From: Phyllobates terribilis
Lineage: Eukaryota
Length of the DNA stretch: 64,000 nt
Direction: 5' to 3'
NCBI RefSeq assembly: GCF_046119375.1
Contig: NW_027362768.1
Location: forward strand, 186,496,001 to 186,560,000
Below the pieces are notes generated by a model. It worked only from the letters and a program-made list of their open reading frames with translations. It had not been told where the DNA came from and did not search any database. The translations under genes were made by a program, and so were the position numbers. Positions 61,150 to 64,000 of the stretch are shown one piece after another (the first letter of the stretch is position 1; each line of letters begins with the position of its first letter).

Positions 61150-63877
61150 GCATGGAAAAAAGTATGTGCCCCCCACATCCTCCTCCAGGAGCCTTCCTCA
61201 CCTCCCATCCTACATCCATAGACATTAATATGGAGAAAAGTATGTGCCCCCCACATCCTCCTCCAGGAGCTTTCCTCACCTCCCATCCTACATCCATAGA
61301 CATTAATATGGAGAAAAGTATGTGCCCCCCACATCCTCCTCCAGGAGCTTTCCTCGCCTCCCATCCTACATCCATAGACATTAATATGGAGAAAAGTATG
61401 TGCCCCCCACATCCACCTCCAGGAGCTTTCCTCGCCTCCCATCCTACATCCATAGACATTAATATGGAGAAAAGTATGTGCCCCCCACATCCACCTCCAG
61501 GAGCTTTCCTCACCTCCCATCCTACATCCATAGACATTAATATGGAGAAAAGTATGTGCCCCCCACATCCACCTCCAGGAGCTTTCCTCACCTCCCATCC
61601 TACATCCATAGACATTAATATGGAGAAAAGTATGTGCCCCCCACATCCACCTCCAGGAGCTTTCCTCACCTCCCATCCTACATCCATAGACATTAATATG
61701 GAGAAAAGTATGTGCCCCCCACATCCTCCTCCAGGAGCTTTCCTCACCTCCCATCCTACATCCATAGACATTAATATGGAGAAAAGTATGTGCCCCCCAC
61801 ATCCTCCTCCAGGAGCTTTCCTCACCTCCCATCCTACGTCCATAGACATTAATATGGAGAAAAGTATGTGCCCCCCACATCCTCCTCCAGGAGCTTTCCT
61901 CACCTCCCATCCTACATCCACAGACATTAATATGGAGAAAAGTATGTGCCCCCCACATCCACCTCCAGGAGCTTTCCTCACCTCCCATCCTACATCCACA
62001 GACATTAATATGGAGAAAAGTATGTGCCCCCCACATCCACCTCCAGGAGCTTTTTTTGTCCTCCATCTACATCCATAGAGATTAATATGGAGAAAAGTAT
62101 GTGCCCCCCACATCCACCTCCAGGGGCTTCTCTGTCCTCATCTACATCCATAGACATTAATATGGAGGAAAGTATGTGCCCCCCACATCCTCCTCCAGGA
62201 GCTTTCCTCACCTCCCATCCTACATCTATAGACATTAATATGGAGAAAAGTATGTGCCCCCCCACATCCACCTCCAGGAGCTTTCCTCACCTCCCATCCT
62301 ACATCCACAGACATTAATATGGAGAAAAGTATGTGCCCCCCACATCCACCTCCAGTAGCTTTCCTCACCTCCCATCCTATATCCATAGACATTAATATGG
62401 AGAAAAGTATGTGCCCCCCACATCCACCTCCAGGAGCTTTCCTCACCTCCCATCCTACATCCATAGACATTAATATGGAGAAAAGTATGTGCCCCCCACA
62501 TCCACCTCCAGGAGCTTTCCTCACCTCCCACCCTACGTCCATAGACATTAATATGGAGAAAAGTATGTGCCCCCCACATCCTCCTCCAGGAGCTTTCCTC
62601 ACCTCCCATCCTACGTCCATAGACATTAATATGGAGAAAAGTATGTGCCCCCCACATCCACCTCCAGGAGCTTTCCTCACCTCCCATCCTACATCCATAG
62701 ACATTAATATGGAGAAAAGTATGTGCCCCCCACATCCTCCTCCAGGAGCTTTCCTCACCTCCCACCCTACGTCCATAGACATTAATATGGAGAAAAGTAT
62801 GTGCCCCCCACATCCTCCTCCAGGAGCTTTCCTCACCTCCCATCCTACGTCCATAGACATTAATATGGAGAAAAGTATGTGCCCCCCACATCCTCCTCCA
62901 GGAGCTTTCCTCACCTCCCATCCTACATCCACAGACATTAATATGGAGAAAAGTATGTGCCCCCCACATCCACCTCCAGGAGCTTTCCTCACCTCCCATC
63001 CTACATCCACAGACATTAATATGGAGAAAAGTATGTGCCCCCCACATCCACCTCCAGGAGCTTTTTTTGTCCTCCATCTACATCCATAGAGATTAATATG
63101 GAGAAAAGTATGTGCCCCCCACATCCACATCCAGGGGCTTCTCTGTCCTCATCTACATCCATAGACATTAATATGGAGAAAAGTATGTGCCCCCCACATC
63201 CTCCTCCAGGAGCTTTCCTCACCTCCCATCCTACATCCATAGACATTAATATGGAGAAAAGTATGTGCCCCCCACATCCTCCTCCAGGAGCTTTCCTCGC
63301 CTCCCATCCTACATCCATAGACATTAATATGGAGAAAAGTATGTGCCCCCCACATCCACCTCCAGGAGCTTTCCTCGCCTCCCATCCTACATCCATAGAC
63401 ATTAATATGGAGAAAAGTATGTGCCCCACATCCACCTCCAGGAGCTTTCCTCACCTCCCATCCTACATCCATAGACATTAATATGGAGAAAAGTATGTGC
63501 CCCCCACATCCACCTCCAGGAGCTTTCCTCACCTCCCATCCTACATCCATAGACATTAATATGGAGAAAAGTATGTGCCCCCCACATCCTCCTCCAGGAG
63601 CTTTTCTCACCTCCCATCCTACATCCATAGACATTAATATGGAGAAAAGTATGTGCCCCCCACATCCTCCTCCAGGAGCTTTTCTCACCTCCCATCCTAC
63701 ATCCATAGACATTAATATGGAGAAAAGTATGTGCCCCCCACATCCTCCTCCAGGAGCTTTTCTCACCTCCCATCCTACATCCATAGACATTAATATGGAG
63801 AAAAGTATGTGCCCCCCACATCCTCCTCCAGGAGCTTTTCTCACCTCCCATCCTACATCCATAGACATTAATATGGA
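61150..63877. repeat. 78-bp satellite, ~35 units with a higher-order duplication, MSH4 intron 2
   Basis: ATGGAGAAAAGTATGTGCCCCCCACATCCTCCTCCAGGAGCTTTCCTCACCTCCCATCCTACATCCATAGACATTAAT; variant units recur 1011 bp apart. Confidence 0.96.
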
Positions 63878-64000
63878 GTCGTCTTCTTCAGATATATTGG
63901 CTCCCGCTCTTCTGCAAAGGTTTTCTACAAGATTTTGGCGACTCTGTAGGAATTTTTGCCTCTTCTTCCAGAAGAGCATTTGTGGGGTCAGACCCTTATG

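Noticed and set aside
60879-63979. Long 26-aa repeat ORFs on both strands
   Set aside because: 78-bp satellite; only 60961-61131 has exon borders and MSH4 similarity.

Overview
Vertebrate genomic DNA, almost certainly an anuran (frog), judged from gene structure and the repeat landscape. The window holds three intron-containing genes, all on the + strand and in the order conserved with human 1p31. ACADM is complete (12 coding exons, 3253-15119, 422 aa by exon sum). RABGGTB is complete (9 coding exons, 20127-30686, 331 aa). MSH4 contributes its first two coding exons (49204-49444, 60961-61131) and continues past the window. Introns and intergenic DNA are filled with minisatellites and transposons: several Tc1/mariner copies, Harbinger and Kolobok/T2-type MITEs, a TTAA piggyBac-type element nested in a Tc1, a 4.76-kb non-autonomous hAT element with an 8-bp TSD, a decayed Neptune-type Penelope-like element, and a very young pol-less LTR element nested in another Tc1. 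The most unusual features are: (1) the LTR element, which has a Tf1/sushi-type self-priming geometry and a Gag fused to 57-aa acidic repeats; (2) first exons of RABGGTB and MSH4 sandwiched between satellites, with the downstream arrays built from promoter motifs (ZNF143/THAP11-type ACTACAnnTCCCAG x12 and CCAAT x8); (3) splice-site-like modules built into non-autonomous TEs; (4) a ~280-bp near-perfect hairpin in RABGGTB intron 1; (5) no recognisable SNORD45 in the RABGGTB introns. Everything was read by eye; no searches were run and family assignments rest on remembered motifs.
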